A stretch of 64,000 nt of DNA. Source: Octopus sinensis (lineage: Eukaryota). Shown piece after piece: positions 23,180 through 36,205 of this stretch; the first letter of the stretch is position 1, and each line of letters starts with the position of its first letter. The position numbers and the translations under genes were made by a program. The notes beneath the pieces are model-generated. The model was not told where the DNA came from, made no database searches, and saw only the letters and a list, made by a program, of their open reading frames with translations. The stretch is taken from positions 156,054,001-156,118,000 of the forward strand of contig NC_042997.1 in NCBI RefSeq assembly GCF_006345805.1, read 5' to 3'.

Positions 23180-23990
23180 TCATCCTCATCATTTGACATC
23201 CATTTTTCCATCTGGCATGGGTTGGATGGTTTGACAGGAGCTGACCACTTGTCAGTTTTGGCATGGTTTCTACAGCTGGATGCCCTTCCTTTACAGAGTA
23301 TACTGGGTGCTTTTACACAGCACTGGCATGAGTGCTTTTTAAGTGGCACCAGCACCTATGAGCCTGGAATATTAGGGATGCACAGCTGAAAAGGTAGGGG
23401 ATGAACTTGTATGCAAGGACAACCATGCTTTTACTTAACTTGACATATCTCATCAAGCACAGCAAACCACCATTGCTTGCATGGGTCAGACAGAATTTTG
23501 TTGAAGAATATTTTCTCTGCCCAGATGTTTTTCCTGTTACCAACCTTCACCTGTTTCCAAGCAAGATTTGTATTTTCTCATATCTAGACATGTTTTTCAC
23601 AGAAGACTGGAAAGGAGCTATCTCACTTGATGCACATTTACAATTATCATGTGCTGGTAATGTGCTGACAAAGATACACATACACAGACACAACACAACA
23701 TACACACTCACACACATGTGCAGGTACAAACACACAGAGACACACACTCACACATGCAGGCACACACACACAAATACACAGGCACATGCACACACACACA
23801 CATGCATGCATACACATACATATAGACACACACATTATGGGCTTCTTTCAGTTTCTGCCTACTAAATTCACACACAAGGCATTAGTCAACCTGGACCTAT
23901 AGTTAAAGACACCTGCTTAAGATGCTGCACAGAAAGACAGAACCCAAGACCACATGATTTGGAAGCAAGTTTCTAAACCAAACAGTCAAG
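23180..23990 (-). mobile_element. RTE tail fragment plus OR-like SINE
   Basis: Tail motif at 23180-23370; OR-like body at 23480-23990. Confidence 0.6.
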
Positions 23991-26389
23991 TTAACATATA
24001 CTGTGTGTGTGTTTGTGTGTGTGTGTGTGTTAGGAGGAAATGCATCAAATGGCTAATGTTAGAAAAAAATGTGTAAAAAAGAAACATTTTCAAAATTAGT
24101 TTAAATGTTTAAAAACTAATTTGGACATTAATTTAAAAATAAGTTTTAAACATTGAAACCAAATTTAATGGAATCAAAATCAAGCCAATAATAAAAGACA
24201 TTACAGACATAATCATTCCATCATTTTGTATTTCAAGGTCTATACTGCTCGATGTATCCTTTATGTAACAAGGTAGGATGTGATATGCGAAAGACTTAGT
24301 TGCTATTTCCTGTAGGTTGAAGAACCGTATGATGGTCTCCTCAATTGTTAGCTGTTAGAATATTAAGGCATTATGAATAATGTCTGCACTACATCCTCGA
24401 CATCTGGTGGCTGGACAAAAGTACTAGCCAGGTACTGGGGTTGATGTAGTTAACTTGCCTTCACCTACCTCCTCAAAACTGTTGGCTTGGCGCCATACTT
24501 AGAAAAAATTATTCCTGATATTTCTCTAAGTGGGGGTAATGATTGTTTTATGGACATTGTAAACAATGATTTGAATTCTAGAAGAGAATATATAATAAGT
24601 TTGACGATAATTCTTTTACATCTTTTATGAACCTAGAAAAAATTTGTACACACTCCTTGAAATAATTCCCTATTTTTTCCTTATATCTTGTGTAGAATAA
24701 TTCCTTTGAGTATAAAAATATTACTTGACATGTTATTTTCAGAAATAATATGAAACAGAAATTCCCTTGGTTCTTCTTTTCCCTATTTTCACAGTCTTAC
24801 ATAATATATATGTATATATGAAAGATCAACGTCTTTTCACACTCCACTTTTTATCCTCACTCAGAATAAGAACTGAGCTGAAAGAACAAACATTTTTCTA
24901 TTAATGTTTACCATCAGAGGATAGTTTGCCCAAAATGATAAAATAGAAAAATTGTATTTTTTTCTTTCTTTTTCTAATTTGCATGATGTGAAATTACAAT
25001 TGAAAGAAAAGTATATATATATATATTCCCATAAAATATGCTTCAGAATATAATTTTGTCAGCAAGGCCCTTGGGAACAAATTTGGGGATGAAAATAGGG
25101 TAGGAAAAAAATATTTCACATGTGTTGTGCAAAGTATAATTAAAACTTCTATATAAGATATGGTGTCTTACATTGTGTTCTAAAAACTTGTTCAACAGAC
25201 ACGTAACATTTGTATTTTCAAATCCTTATTTTTTTAAGCTTAATATTTATTACTTGAAGAGGTTTATCAAAACTTGTTAAAAAGAAATAAAATTCCGTTG
25301 TGCTTTTAACAATTATATTTCTTGTGACAAGAAAATAACAGAAATATATGTTTAGAGATATACTCTTTTTCACTTTTAGTTGTTTCTTTTATTGTATTGT
25401 AGTGATGTTGGGCACCATCTTTAAGGGTTTTGTCTAATATAGACCTCAGTACTTATTTCAGCCTGATACTTAATTCATCGGTCCCTATTTTTGAACTATT
25501 AAGGTGGTGATCTGGCAGAAATGTTAGCATACCAAGCAAAATACTTAGCAGTATTTCATCCATCCATACATTGAGTTTAAATTTCCCTGAGGTCAACTTT
25601 GCTTTTTATCCTTTTGGGGTTGATAAAATAAGTACTAGTTGTGCACTAGGGTTGAGGTAATCAACTTAACTACTCCTGGGTATGAGTATAAAAACTGCAT
25701 CTCCCTGTCAAGCCATGTCAAGCCATGTCAAGCCAGTGTGGCCGGGTAGGCTCATCAAACTAGCATGATCTCAAGCTCAAATTCCCAGATTCCACATCTG
25801 ATCATGCCTTGTGGAGAAAACATGCTGAGGCCTTCACCCTGCAGTGGGCTGAACACAGGCAATCCAATCCAATTTATGAGACAGAGTAGGATTCATAATA
25901 AATAATAGGCTTTTAGATCATTGTAAAAATAAGCACAAAAATGCAGACACTAGCTACATACGCCCACCCACTCACAGACACACATCATTCTTATTTTTTT
26001 ATGAACCATTTTCATGTTTATATGGGTTGAACAAGACTTTATCAAGCCATTATCTATGGCTGGATTCCTTGCCTGTCACAAACCATTATCTGTTTTCCAA
26101 GTAAGGATTTTTCTTCTACTAGCTACCACCATTTAAAAAATATTGAATTATATAATATATTGTTTATGAAAGATCATTGTGATCACATGATATTACCATC
26201 ATTCAAATTATGTCATATGAATGAAACATGCTGAAAAACATATTTATGTACATGCACAATCACTCAAATCAGTAATGGAACAATCATGTATATTTATATA
26301 ACAGGCTTTCACTCAGTTTCTATTTAGTAAATTCTACTCAGAAGATATTGATTAACTTAAGGCTACAGATGAAGGCACTTTCTCAAGGT

Positions 26390-26920
26390 TGTTGTTTGTT
26401 CTTTCACGAGCCATGCCTCGCTCATAAGGGCCAGTTTCCCGGTTTCCTTGGCATATAGGTTCCCCACGTGGACGGGACGCCGGTCCATTGCAGGTGAACT
26501 GCAAGATGCAGGCGGAAAGAGTGAGAGAAAGTTGTGGCGAAAGAGTCAGCAGAAGTTCACCATTACCTTCTGCTAGAGCTGCGTGGAACTTAGGTGTTTC
26601 GTTCATAAACACATCCCATGACTTTCGGAAACATTTTTTCACGCTCAGAGTTGCTGAAGCATGGAATAAACTGCCTGCGTCAGTTGTTGACTGCCATGAC
26701 ACTGCATCTTTTAAGGCCCTCATGCTTTCCGAAATCCGCCGAAACTTCACCTGATTATATATACACTTTAGATGAGTTGTAGTGCACCTGAGCACTGTAC
26801 ACAATTATTATTATTATTATTATTATATTATTATTATACATCGCCCAGTCTGGGATTCGAACCCGCGATCCCTCAACCGTGAGTCTGCTGCTCTAACCAC
26901 TAGGCCATGTGCCTCCACCA
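26390..26920 (-). mobile_element. tRNA-derived SINE with V-domain-like core, split by a CR1 fragment
   Basis: A box TGGCCTAGTGGTTAGAG and B box GGTTCGAATCCC at 26845-26915; CCTGCAATGGACCGGCGTCCCGTCCA core at ~26470-26495. Confidence 0.75.
26616..26837 (+). mobile_element. CR1-type LINE 3' end with (ATT)n tail, TSD ACATC
   Basis: Encodes FRKHFFTLRVAEAWNKLPASVV..FK; ACATC at 26611-26615 and 26838-26842. Confidence 0.85.
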
Positions 26921-27508
26921 CTTTCTTAAGGTGCAACAAGATGGGATTGAACTCAGGTTCACATAGTTGTGAATCAAACTTCTTAATCACACAGCCACAT
27001 CTCATCAGAGTTCACCATTTTTGATAATCTTTATTTTAATGAATAAACAAAAAATGATAGCTCTCCACTTATTCCTTATATAGAAAAGAGTGTAAATAAA
27101 ATAATTATAAATTGACTGCTAAACCACTGAAAGCAAGGAAGTTTGTTACTCAAAGCATATTTTACTCCATTTAAAAAAATTCTATATTGCCTACATGTTG
27201 ACATTTTTCCAGTTGCACTGTTTCTAGGTCAGTATCATTCGATGTGCTCCTTTTTTAATGTACTAAGATGTGATTAAAGAGAAATTTGACTGCTATTATA
27301 ACTTGTAGGTTACTGTGCAGAGGCTCACTTACTGAGTTATGTCTTCTATAGTGAATCCAGAAAAAAAACAGTTATTTTCATAATGCACATTCTTAAGAGA
27401 ATCCTACCCTAAATTCTATTGAAAGATTTACATTCTATCCTAAATTCTATTGCAAGTGTTTTAATTATTTACAAACTAATTTGTGCCAACTGAATTATAT
27501 TCTTTAAG

Positions 27509-27582
27509 GAGTGTTTAAATTCTTGATTGGAAAAGGGAGAATAAAGCAACTGATGTTTAATATTCAATGCTTATTTCTACTG
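27509..27582 (+). CDS. Speculative host exon (GVFKFLIGKGRIKQLMFNIQCLFLL)
   Basis: TTCTTTAAG acceptor, CTG|GTAAGT donor, one open frame; protein not recognised. Confidence 0.3.
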
Positions 27583-28659
27583 GTAAGTATTTCACTTCAC
27601 TTTCATTGCAGTTGAGAAAGGCATAAGCACTATACAATCTCAGTTTTTTTGTTCTTTCGTAAATCTGATGCCTTTTATCCAATGTAAGGAACGTGTGTGA
27701 CATAATGCAACAACAGACTCCCTATGGGGTCAATTCAGCTACAAGAAATAGCAGTCAAATATCCTAATCATATCCTATAGTCTTAACAAAGAAACGACAC
27801 ATTAGATAATCTTGTCTACTAAAGGCACATGAATTGAAATTTTGGGGGAGGGGTCTAGTTGATTACATTTTCCCCAGTACATAAATGCTAGTTAATTTAT
27901 GAACCCCAAAATGATGAAAGGCAAAGTCAACCTCAGCGAAATTTGAACTCATAACATTAAGACAGAAGAAATACCACTAAGCATTTTGTCCAGTGTACTA
28001 ATGATTCTGCTAGCTCATAATCCCAGATATGCTGTAGCTGAACAAACAATGGGAGAAAGAATGGTTATGGTTGGAACTTTGTTGTTGAATTTCGATTTTT
28101 GGTTTGCTAGACCAGGCTTGTTTTAGGGTTATATGACAACAGCATGAAAAACTGAAAGGATCTGTCTTATGAAAATCTAAACAATTACATTAAATGCCTG
28201 CTTTTTAAGATTACACCTGATGGAGCTTCTCTAATGTGAATGATTCCTCTTGAATAATCTACTGAATATCTATTTTATATCATTTAAGTACTAATTATAG
28301 AATTTAAAAGCAGACATTTAACAAGTTCAGAAGAAACAACAAAAACTTTAATGTTTGTTGATTGAAAGGAGTATATAATAGACATCCAACTTTGTCTAAA
28401 AAAATTTTCTTAATGTTAGACATAGCACATTAATATGTCCCCTATATACAAAGTACAAAACTATAACAGATTCATATATACTGAATATTTTTCTGCTGTA
28501 GCTGTGTGGTAAGAAGCTTGCTTTCCAAGCACATGGTTCTGAGATCACTGCACATGACACCTTTGGCAAGAGTCTTCTACTATAGCCTCAGGCTGACCAA
28601 AGCCTTGTGAGTGGACTCGGTAAACAGAAACTGAAAGAAGCCTGCTGTATATATATATA

Positions 28660-30190
28660 GCAAGATTGATTACATTCTTGCTAGGTGAGGGTATGCACAG
28701 TTGCTCTTAAATACAAAGACCTTCCCTGGTGAAGAATGTATCCCCCAGCATAGACTAGTCATTAGTGATTTTAGACTCTGGGCCAGAAGGATGCCAAGAA
28801 GCAGACCAATCTGGAAAAGAATGATTTGTAAGTTTAAGAACCTGCATGTGCTCATAGATTTAGGGACATCTTAATTGAGAAATTTGATGAAAAGGAGGAG
28901 GATCTACAAACTTGTGGCATAGAGGGCAACTGGTAATTCCTGCAGGACAGCTTGCTGAGTGCCACAGACCAAATCTGTTGGTGGTGCAAAGTCCTAACCA
29001 GGCCTAGGGTAATGTAGTGGTGGAACAATGCGGTAGACAGGGCCATTAAAGCAAGAAACAGGCCTGGAAGGACTGGAAGAGTGAGGGTAGCAGAGAACTG
29101 TATCAGATAGCCAGGAAGGAAGCTAGGAGGCAGGTATATCTAGCCAAGGGAGAAACAGAAAAGAAGAAGTTTGTCTATGTTCAGTGATGTGTGAACCAAA
29201 AAACTGAAGTGTTTCGGATTACAAAACAGTGTGTAAGAGATAATCATGATGTAATAGGAGAAAAATGTGTCCACATGGATGATGGTGTACTTGCATTAAA
29301 TGATTCTGCAAAGAAAGAGGCTTGGAAATGCCATTATGAAAGACTGCTGAATGTGGAGAATGAATGGGAGGAGGAGAGTCAGCCAAATGTTGACCCAATT
29401 GAGGGACCAGCTACCTGAATCTATAGTACCTTGGTAGATAAAGCAATTAAGGATATGAAGACAGGGAAAGTCCCCAGTCCATCAGGTATCGCTGCTAAGA
29501 TGCTTAAAATATCTGGAGGTGTGGATTATGGTCTAGTCATCTATATTGTAAATCAGGTGGCCCACAAAGGAATCATATCCAATGACTGGTGCAGCAACAC
29601 CATAGTCAACTGCTACAAAGATAAAAGTGATGTTTTAGAAATAATTACAGAGGTATCAAATTGTTGGATCAGGTGATGAAAGTTATGGAGAGAATCATAG
29701 CTCAACAGAGGCAAAGTAGCCGAGTTCCTTTTGAGTGTTGGGGTTCACAGAGGCAAAGTGACTGAGTTCCTTTCAAGTGTTGGGCCTTATGGAAGCAAAG
29801 GGGCTGAGTTCCTTTCAAGCATTGGGCCTCACGAAGGCAAAAGGCCAAGTTCCTTTTGAGTGTTGGGTCTCATGGAGGCAAAGTGGTTGAGTTCCTTTTG
29901 AGTGTTGGGCCTCACAAAGGCAATGACTGAGACCTTTGGCATTATGTCGTGCTTGAGAAAAAGACCCATCAAACCAAGCAAAATTGCAATCGTGACAGAT
30001 ACCAGTGTCACAAAAAAACACCCATTACACTCTCAGAGTGGTTGGCATTAGGAAGGGCATCCAGCCATAGAAAACCATGACAAGTTAGACTGGCGTCTGG
30101 TGCAGCCTTCCAGCTTACCAGCACTGATCAAACCATCCAACCCATACCAGCATGGACAATGGATGTTAAATGATGATGATGATGATGATG
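28660..30190 (+). pseudogene. Old internally deleted RTE LINE with ~41-bp 3' UTR minisatellite and tail
   Basis: IDYILAR, WWN, KVPSPSG remnants at 28660-29700; array GAGGCAAAGT..GAGTTCCTTTTGAGTGTTGGG at 29707-29945; tail to 30190. Confidence 0.85.
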
Positions 30191-30719
30191 ATCAATATAT
30201 ACACGCGCATGTGTGTGTGTGTGTATGTGTGTGTGTGTGTGTGTGTGAGTGTGCATGCTTATATCTATGTGTATGTGTGTGTGTGCCTTTCTGTCTGTGT
30301 TTTTCTCCCCCATCACTGCTTGGCAACTGGTGATGGTGTGTTTATGTCCCCATAACTTAGCAGTTCAGAAAAAGAGACCAAAAGAATACGTTTGAGTCTT
30401 AAGAAATAAGTCCTGGTGTTGATTTGCTCGACTAGAACCCTTCAAAGCAGTGCTCCAGCATGGCCACAGTCAGATGACTGAAACAAGTAAAAGAATAAAA
30501 GAACATATTTTTTTTACATTGTTCCTTTAAATTCTAGGACTCATAAGGCCTGGTTACCCAATTTCTATGATGTACAAGTGACTGAGATGACAACATTCCC
30601 CTGAATGAGACAACAGTCCCTTGCAGAGATACTCATTTATAGCAGAGTTGACTCTGAGAACATGAAATGAAGTGTTTTGGTCAAGAATGCAATGCACTGT
30701 TTCGGAATTGATAACAGGC

Positions 30720-31070
30720 GCAGGAGTGGCTGTGTGGTAAAAAGCTTACTTCCCAACCACATGGTTCCGGGTTCAGTCTCACTTCGTGGCACTTTGGGCC
30801 AGTGTCTTCTACTACAGCCTCAGGATGAATAAAGCCTTGTGAGTGGATTTGGTAGACGGAAACTGAAAGAAGCCTGTCGTATATGTGTGTGTGTGTGTTT
30901 GTCACTCCACCATCACTTGACAACTGATGCTGGTGTGTTTATGTCTCCGTAACTTAGTTGTTTCGCAAAAGAGACCAATAGAATAAGAACTAGGCTTACA
31001 AAGAATAAGTCCTGGGGTCGATTTGTTTGGCTGCAGTCAAATAACTGAAACAAATAAAAGAATAAAAGAA
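30720..31070 (+). mobile_element. OR-type SINE
   Basis: GCAGGAGTGGCTGTGTGGTAA head and full body. Confidence 0.85.
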
Positions 31071-31599
31071 TGGTTTGGCTATTGTAAGTGCAGCACGCTA
31101 TCCACCTATGTATCCACTTTTACTACATGCAACACAGTTTTCACTATACATTTTACTTTAACTGAATTATGTTAGAATACTAATACAGTCTAAATAAATT
31201 AACTATTAATGTAGCTGGCAGTCTCTCTCTCTCTCTCTCTTTCTCTCTGTTTGTCTACCCTCCCCCAGATGAGATAACTTTGACCACTTAGGATTTATCT
31301 CCCTTGATTATGATTTAGTAACTACATTGCTATCCAGCATATGCAGAATGAGATGATCGGGAGTAGCTGTTTGGATAATGATGATTTGGCGTGGCTAACT
31401 GGACTTCAGCTTGTTTTGGCAACAGTACATTCTAGTGTTGAAAGAAAACACACACACACAGACACACACACATGCACATGTATAGAAATATACGCATACG
31501 CAAGAGGGAGAGAGAGCGAGATAGAAAGAGTGAAAGAAAGAGAAAGAGAGTGATATTGCACATATATAAAAACATAACTATATGCTCATAAATACATGT

Positions 31600-31634
<35 letters not shown>

Positions 31635-32339
31635 AGAGTGGAGAGAGAGGGAAAAAAACATTCAGATGTCTGATGTCAAACAAGTCAGTGTTGAATCACC
31701 TACCCCAAACAGGTGGTGCCAAAACATCACATATCCCATTATATAATGCTGGGACAGTTTTGCCACTGTTGTTAATATCTAGTAATGTTAAATCAATAAT
31801 TGATTGATAATTAAATTATTATTATTATTGATCGCATATTTATTGCAAGCATACAAAATTTTTTTTATTTAGTTATATTTTAGTTTAATAAATGAATTTA
31901 TTTTGAAAGTTAGTTTTCATTACATTATTTTGTATGACTACCATGAAATTTGGTAAAAGAAAAAATTTCCATGATTGCATTTATGTAACATTTCTTGATA
32001 TTAACTTTGTTTTTATCTTTTAGTCAGGAGAGAAGGTAGTGCCCATGCCATGTTGAAGAGCTCCCAAGACTGGTGGAAGGCAAGGAAGAAGGTATCATCA
32101 AACTAGAAATCTGGCTGCAAACTTGCAATGCAGTAGATTCTACTAAAGGCATCCAAGATGTTAGGAGGTAGCATTGAATCAGGTGACAGCTTAAATCTAC
32201 CATACAAGTAGGCCAAGGTAAGATTTTAACTTAGAACGCAAAATAGTACAAGACATCCAGTTAGATGTTCTTACAGTTCTGCCAATCCACTACTTTGGAT
32301 GAAAGGCAAAGTTGACCTTGCAGGATTTGGACTTGTGTT

Positions 32340-32958
32340 GAGGTATGAATGGAGACACCCGAGTGTCGAACCACAGCCCTTTGGGGAAGAAGAACAGTCA
32401 GTAAGTGTTCAAATCGGGGAAGAAGTATAGGTGAAACCCCCTGACATGCGGTGTACAACTCAGTGGGGGAAAGGAAGAGTGACAGCAGTGAACTCTCATA
32501 ACAATGTATCAGTGGAAGGAATATCGTGTCATGTCCTAGATGTCGTGAGCTCCTCCAATGATGAAGAACAAAGAGAAGGAGACGTTGGTACTGCATCCTT
32601 GCAACAAGCCTGAAGAGAGCGTCATCCACCTAAGTGGTTGGAAGACTATGAAAGGGATGTAAGTGATAGTGACTGTTAGATCAGGGGGTGGTGGTATTGA
32701 GCTGAGGCTGTGGTGAAGGCGGAAGTGAGAGAGTGAATAGGCCCTGTCGGCAGTCCGTGAAGATGGAAGTGCTGAAGAGAGCATGTGCAGCAGTCACAGG
32801 AAGAAGTCAAAAGGCAACCAGACAGCATGAAGGCAAGACATGCGTGACATGACCAAGAGAAGAGAACGTCCGCATGGGTAGTGAGAGACCGCTCCCTCCA
32901 GATCAACAGGTAAGAAAGCCTCAATTCTCCTTTATCCTAATTTCCTCTTCATACCACA
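32340..32958 (+). mobile_element. Gypsy remnant: integrase C-terminus, PPT and 3' LTR (~32690-32958)
   Basis: Degenerate VKPPDMRCTTQWGKGRVTAVNSHNNVSVEG..RERHPPKWLEDYE; PPT AGGGGGTGG; GTGGTAT/ATACCAC terminal inverted repeat. Confidence 0.75.
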
Positions 32959-33372
32959 TCAATTTTATTACTTTTTTTTTTCAAAATCTATCAAGATTTT
33001 CTTACCTTTCTTTACCAAATTCCTGATGGCATTAGCCAGTGGCTACTTATTAAAATATAAACAGATACATGTCTAGACACAAACTCATTTACATAACTGC
33101 AAATCGTATAGATTTTATTCATTTTATTACCTATGCCATATAACTAATTATTTTATTTATTTACTTTTTTAGTATCGAACCATGAAATCCAGTAAGGATT
33201 ATTATATATATTATGGGTTTCTGTATAGTCCCCATTTACTAAATTCCACTCACAAAGTATTCGTTGACCTGGTATAGTCTGGCTGTTGACCTTACACTAC
33301 TAAAAGCACTGTCTTTTTTTGAGTTATACTATGCACTCAACTTAACTAACTTACATGTATATTGAGTTGTTG

Positions 33373-33701
33373 TGTAGGGAAAAGAAAGCACAATTCATTT
33401 ACCTCTCTGGTTCTCTCATAGCATCAATCCTTTTCAGCCAGGTTATATCTGTAGGTGCTCTGCTTAACTAACCTCTGGCAAGAACCTAATGACAAATTCC
33501 CTGTACTCCACATGACTAACACATCCATCCCCTACAACCACACCAAGCAAAAACAAGGCCATACTAGTCCTACTTCCACTCAAGTGACAATCCTCAGTCC
33601 TCTCCTTCTGGCAAGAGCCTCATCCATCACTGACCCTATACTTCCAGCAAGAACCCTCAGTCATTACTGACCCTATGCTTCTGGTTCACCTCATCCCTAC
33701 A
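33373..33701 (-). mobile_element. Probable solo LTR
   Basis: TGTAGGG...CCCTACA perfect 7-bp termini, GA-rich body; no TSD found. Confidence 0.45.
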
Positions 33702-34032
33702 GAAACCTTATGTAATTGTACATATATTATATATATCATGTACAATGGTTTAATTTACTCAAAACCTTCAGACTAAGAACCTCCTCATTTCCTATTGTAA
33801 AAATCACAACCCACGGTCAAGGTCTGTAGTTTTGTAAGCTGTGTGGCAACCTCACAAATGCTGGTGGTACAAAAAAACATGCAGTTCACACCGATAAATG
33901 GTTGGTACTACGAAAGACATCCAGCTGTTGAAGCCATGCCAAAGTAGGCACTGGAGTACATTGTGTTTCTTGGACCCATCAATCTTATCCAACTGGCCAA
34001 CCTATGCCAGCATAGAACATAGATATTAAGTA

Positions 34033-34077
<45 letters not shown>

Positions 34078-34226
34078 GATGATGATTGATGATGATGATG
34101 ATGACGACGACAACAATGATGATGAAATAAAGTATATAATATAAAATTTTGTAAACATTTTACTAAAATTCATAATTTTTCTAAATTTCTAAGTTTTTAT
34201 CCATCCTCCTATCTGTATCATAAGTA

Positions 34227-34257
<31 letters not shown>

Positions 34258-34261
34258 GTCG

Positions 34262-34317
<56 letters not shown>

Positions 34318-34702
34318 AGATTTATCAATTGAAATTAAAGTGTTATTTTGCAGAGATGACTATGATCTAGAAACGTACCGATAGTGTAATGTAATGTGAG
34401 TTCATGGACAACAGTTAAGACTTAGTAGTGTCCAACAGAGAAGCGATCAAAGTAATGGTTGAATTGGTGTTTGGATTGACAGAAACAAATATATCTTAAG
34501 GAAAAGATTGTATAGAAGAAATATATCAATGTGATTTGTTTAATCCATGGAAGTTCAATGAGATTTGCTGATTGAAAATTATTAGCTCTCGGAAAGCTGA
34601 TGACTTGATTTAAAACTTCAATCATTAATAGATTTTCTTATTAGGTTTCAGCTGCTCTCAGCATGAATTATTCATAATGATAATTTAATATCCAAGGATC
34701 AA

Positions 34703-34736
<34 letters not shown>

Positions 34737-34957
34737 TGGGATGAGTGTTGGTGTATATGTGAATGTATATATATATATACAAAAATATATATATATATTA
34801 TATATATAATATATATATAATATATATATGTATATATATATATATATTATGTATATATATATAATATATATATGTATGTATATATATATATATATATAAC
34901 ATTATTGGTGAATTGAAGAAATGGAGCTGAACGCAGATTGAACAGAAATCGTTTTAT

Positions 34958-35044
34958 TTCATTCTACACGTGTTTCGAAAGGCACAAATTACCAAAATCC
35001 GATTGAATAATGGGACCATATTGTGTCTTTCTCTTCAGGAAGAA
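34958..35044 (-). ncRNA. Type I hammerhead ribozyme motif in the inverted pLTR
   Basis: Reverse complement of 37355-37441 with slightly shorter stem I. Confidence 0.7.
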
Positions 35045-35241
35045 AAAAGGAAATCCGTTGGAAAAACAAAAACAGAACAGAGGCAGAGCAAAAAACAAAT
35101 CGAACTGTGCTCCTAAGAGCCCATGGCGAAACTGTTTATCAGTGTATGTTGAGGACCGGTGGCTGAAGAATTCAACAGGTCAGGCATCGGTCAAACATGT
35201 GGGTTAGGGTGTATAGATGTTCTTTGTGACCGAGAATAAAG

Positions 35242-36205
35242 CGACTCATACTGCCCTTACCATAATAGCGACTCATACTGCCCTTACCATAAGCCTTCCA
35301 CTAATTTGAAGTATGTCAGTGTCTTCTCAAATCATGCCAAAACCGTAACAGACAATTTGGTTAAAAACATCTCTCTAAGATTGTCTGGCCTGTCCGCCAG
35401 TGCCGATATTTTTATGCAGAAAGCGGATTTTTATAACGCCGCACTATCCAAGGCCGGTTATAGGCAGAAGGTAATTTATATTGATCCGGCCCTTCCGATG
35501 CCATCATTCGGTCATCAGGATAGGGCCGTATATAATAACATTAACATTTTAAGTAAGGACGGGAGCGCGGCGGATACCGGGGTAGTCGCTCCCGCATTTA
35601 ATTTAGCGAACAAGGATAATTATCGGTCCGGGAGGTCTTACACTAACCAAGACCCGTTATTCATCCGAGAATCACCCACCCAAATGCGAGAGCTGGCGTC
35701 CCGACCCATCACACTGATAGGAATAAGCATATATGGTTTGTAATCCCCTTTGGTAAGCAGATTAGAACTAACCTCCTCCCCCTCATGTTTAGACAAGCCA
35801 TCGCCATAACTTCCCCAGAAATTCCAAATATTACTCCACGGTTAACTCACATAAAGTTAGGATAGCTTTCTCCAACACTAAAAACTCGCCCAGATAATCG
35901 CCTCCCATAATAATAGGCTACTTACTAAGACCTTATCACCTTTTTCCGGAGGCACAGCCTCTTCCGCTCCCGGCTTAATGCTCAGTAGGAATAATATAGT
36001 AGTAATAATGATATGAGAGCCAGTACAGTGACACATAATCTCAGCTCCAGCCAGGGAGTACCCACTAGGGGTATAGTTATAAATAGGGTGGGTGTGGTTG
36101 ATGGTAACAATGGGAGTAGGGTAGAGAGCCCCTTTAGCATCCCCAGCATCATTTCCCGCAATAGCAGTACCACGGGCAGTAGCAATGACAGCACTCTGAT
36201 AGATA
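35242..36205 (+). pseudogene. PLE RT C-terminus/thumb and linker, frameshifted
   Basis: YCPYHKP..YV..SNH..ISLRLSGLS..F..FYNAALSKAGY; HIWFVIPFGKQIRTN; HNFPRNSKY..KVRIAFSNTKN; IIASHNNRLL, in successive frames. Confidence 0.82.

Noticed and set aside
26836-26920. tRNA gene
   Set aside because: A and B boxes are present but no acceptor stem closes and it continues into a SINE body
27509-27582. KH domain (FLIGKG.IKQL)
   Set aside because: GxxG motif incomplete and spacing wrong
32024-32217. Coding exon or SH3 domain (DWWKAR)
   Set aside because: Good splice signals but stops in all frames across the exon, and the rest of the SH3 pattern is missing; could be a non-coding exon
34035-34305. Inverted repeat (GAT)n versus (CAT)n
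   Set aside because: Two simple-repeat tails in opposite orientation, expected by chance in this genome
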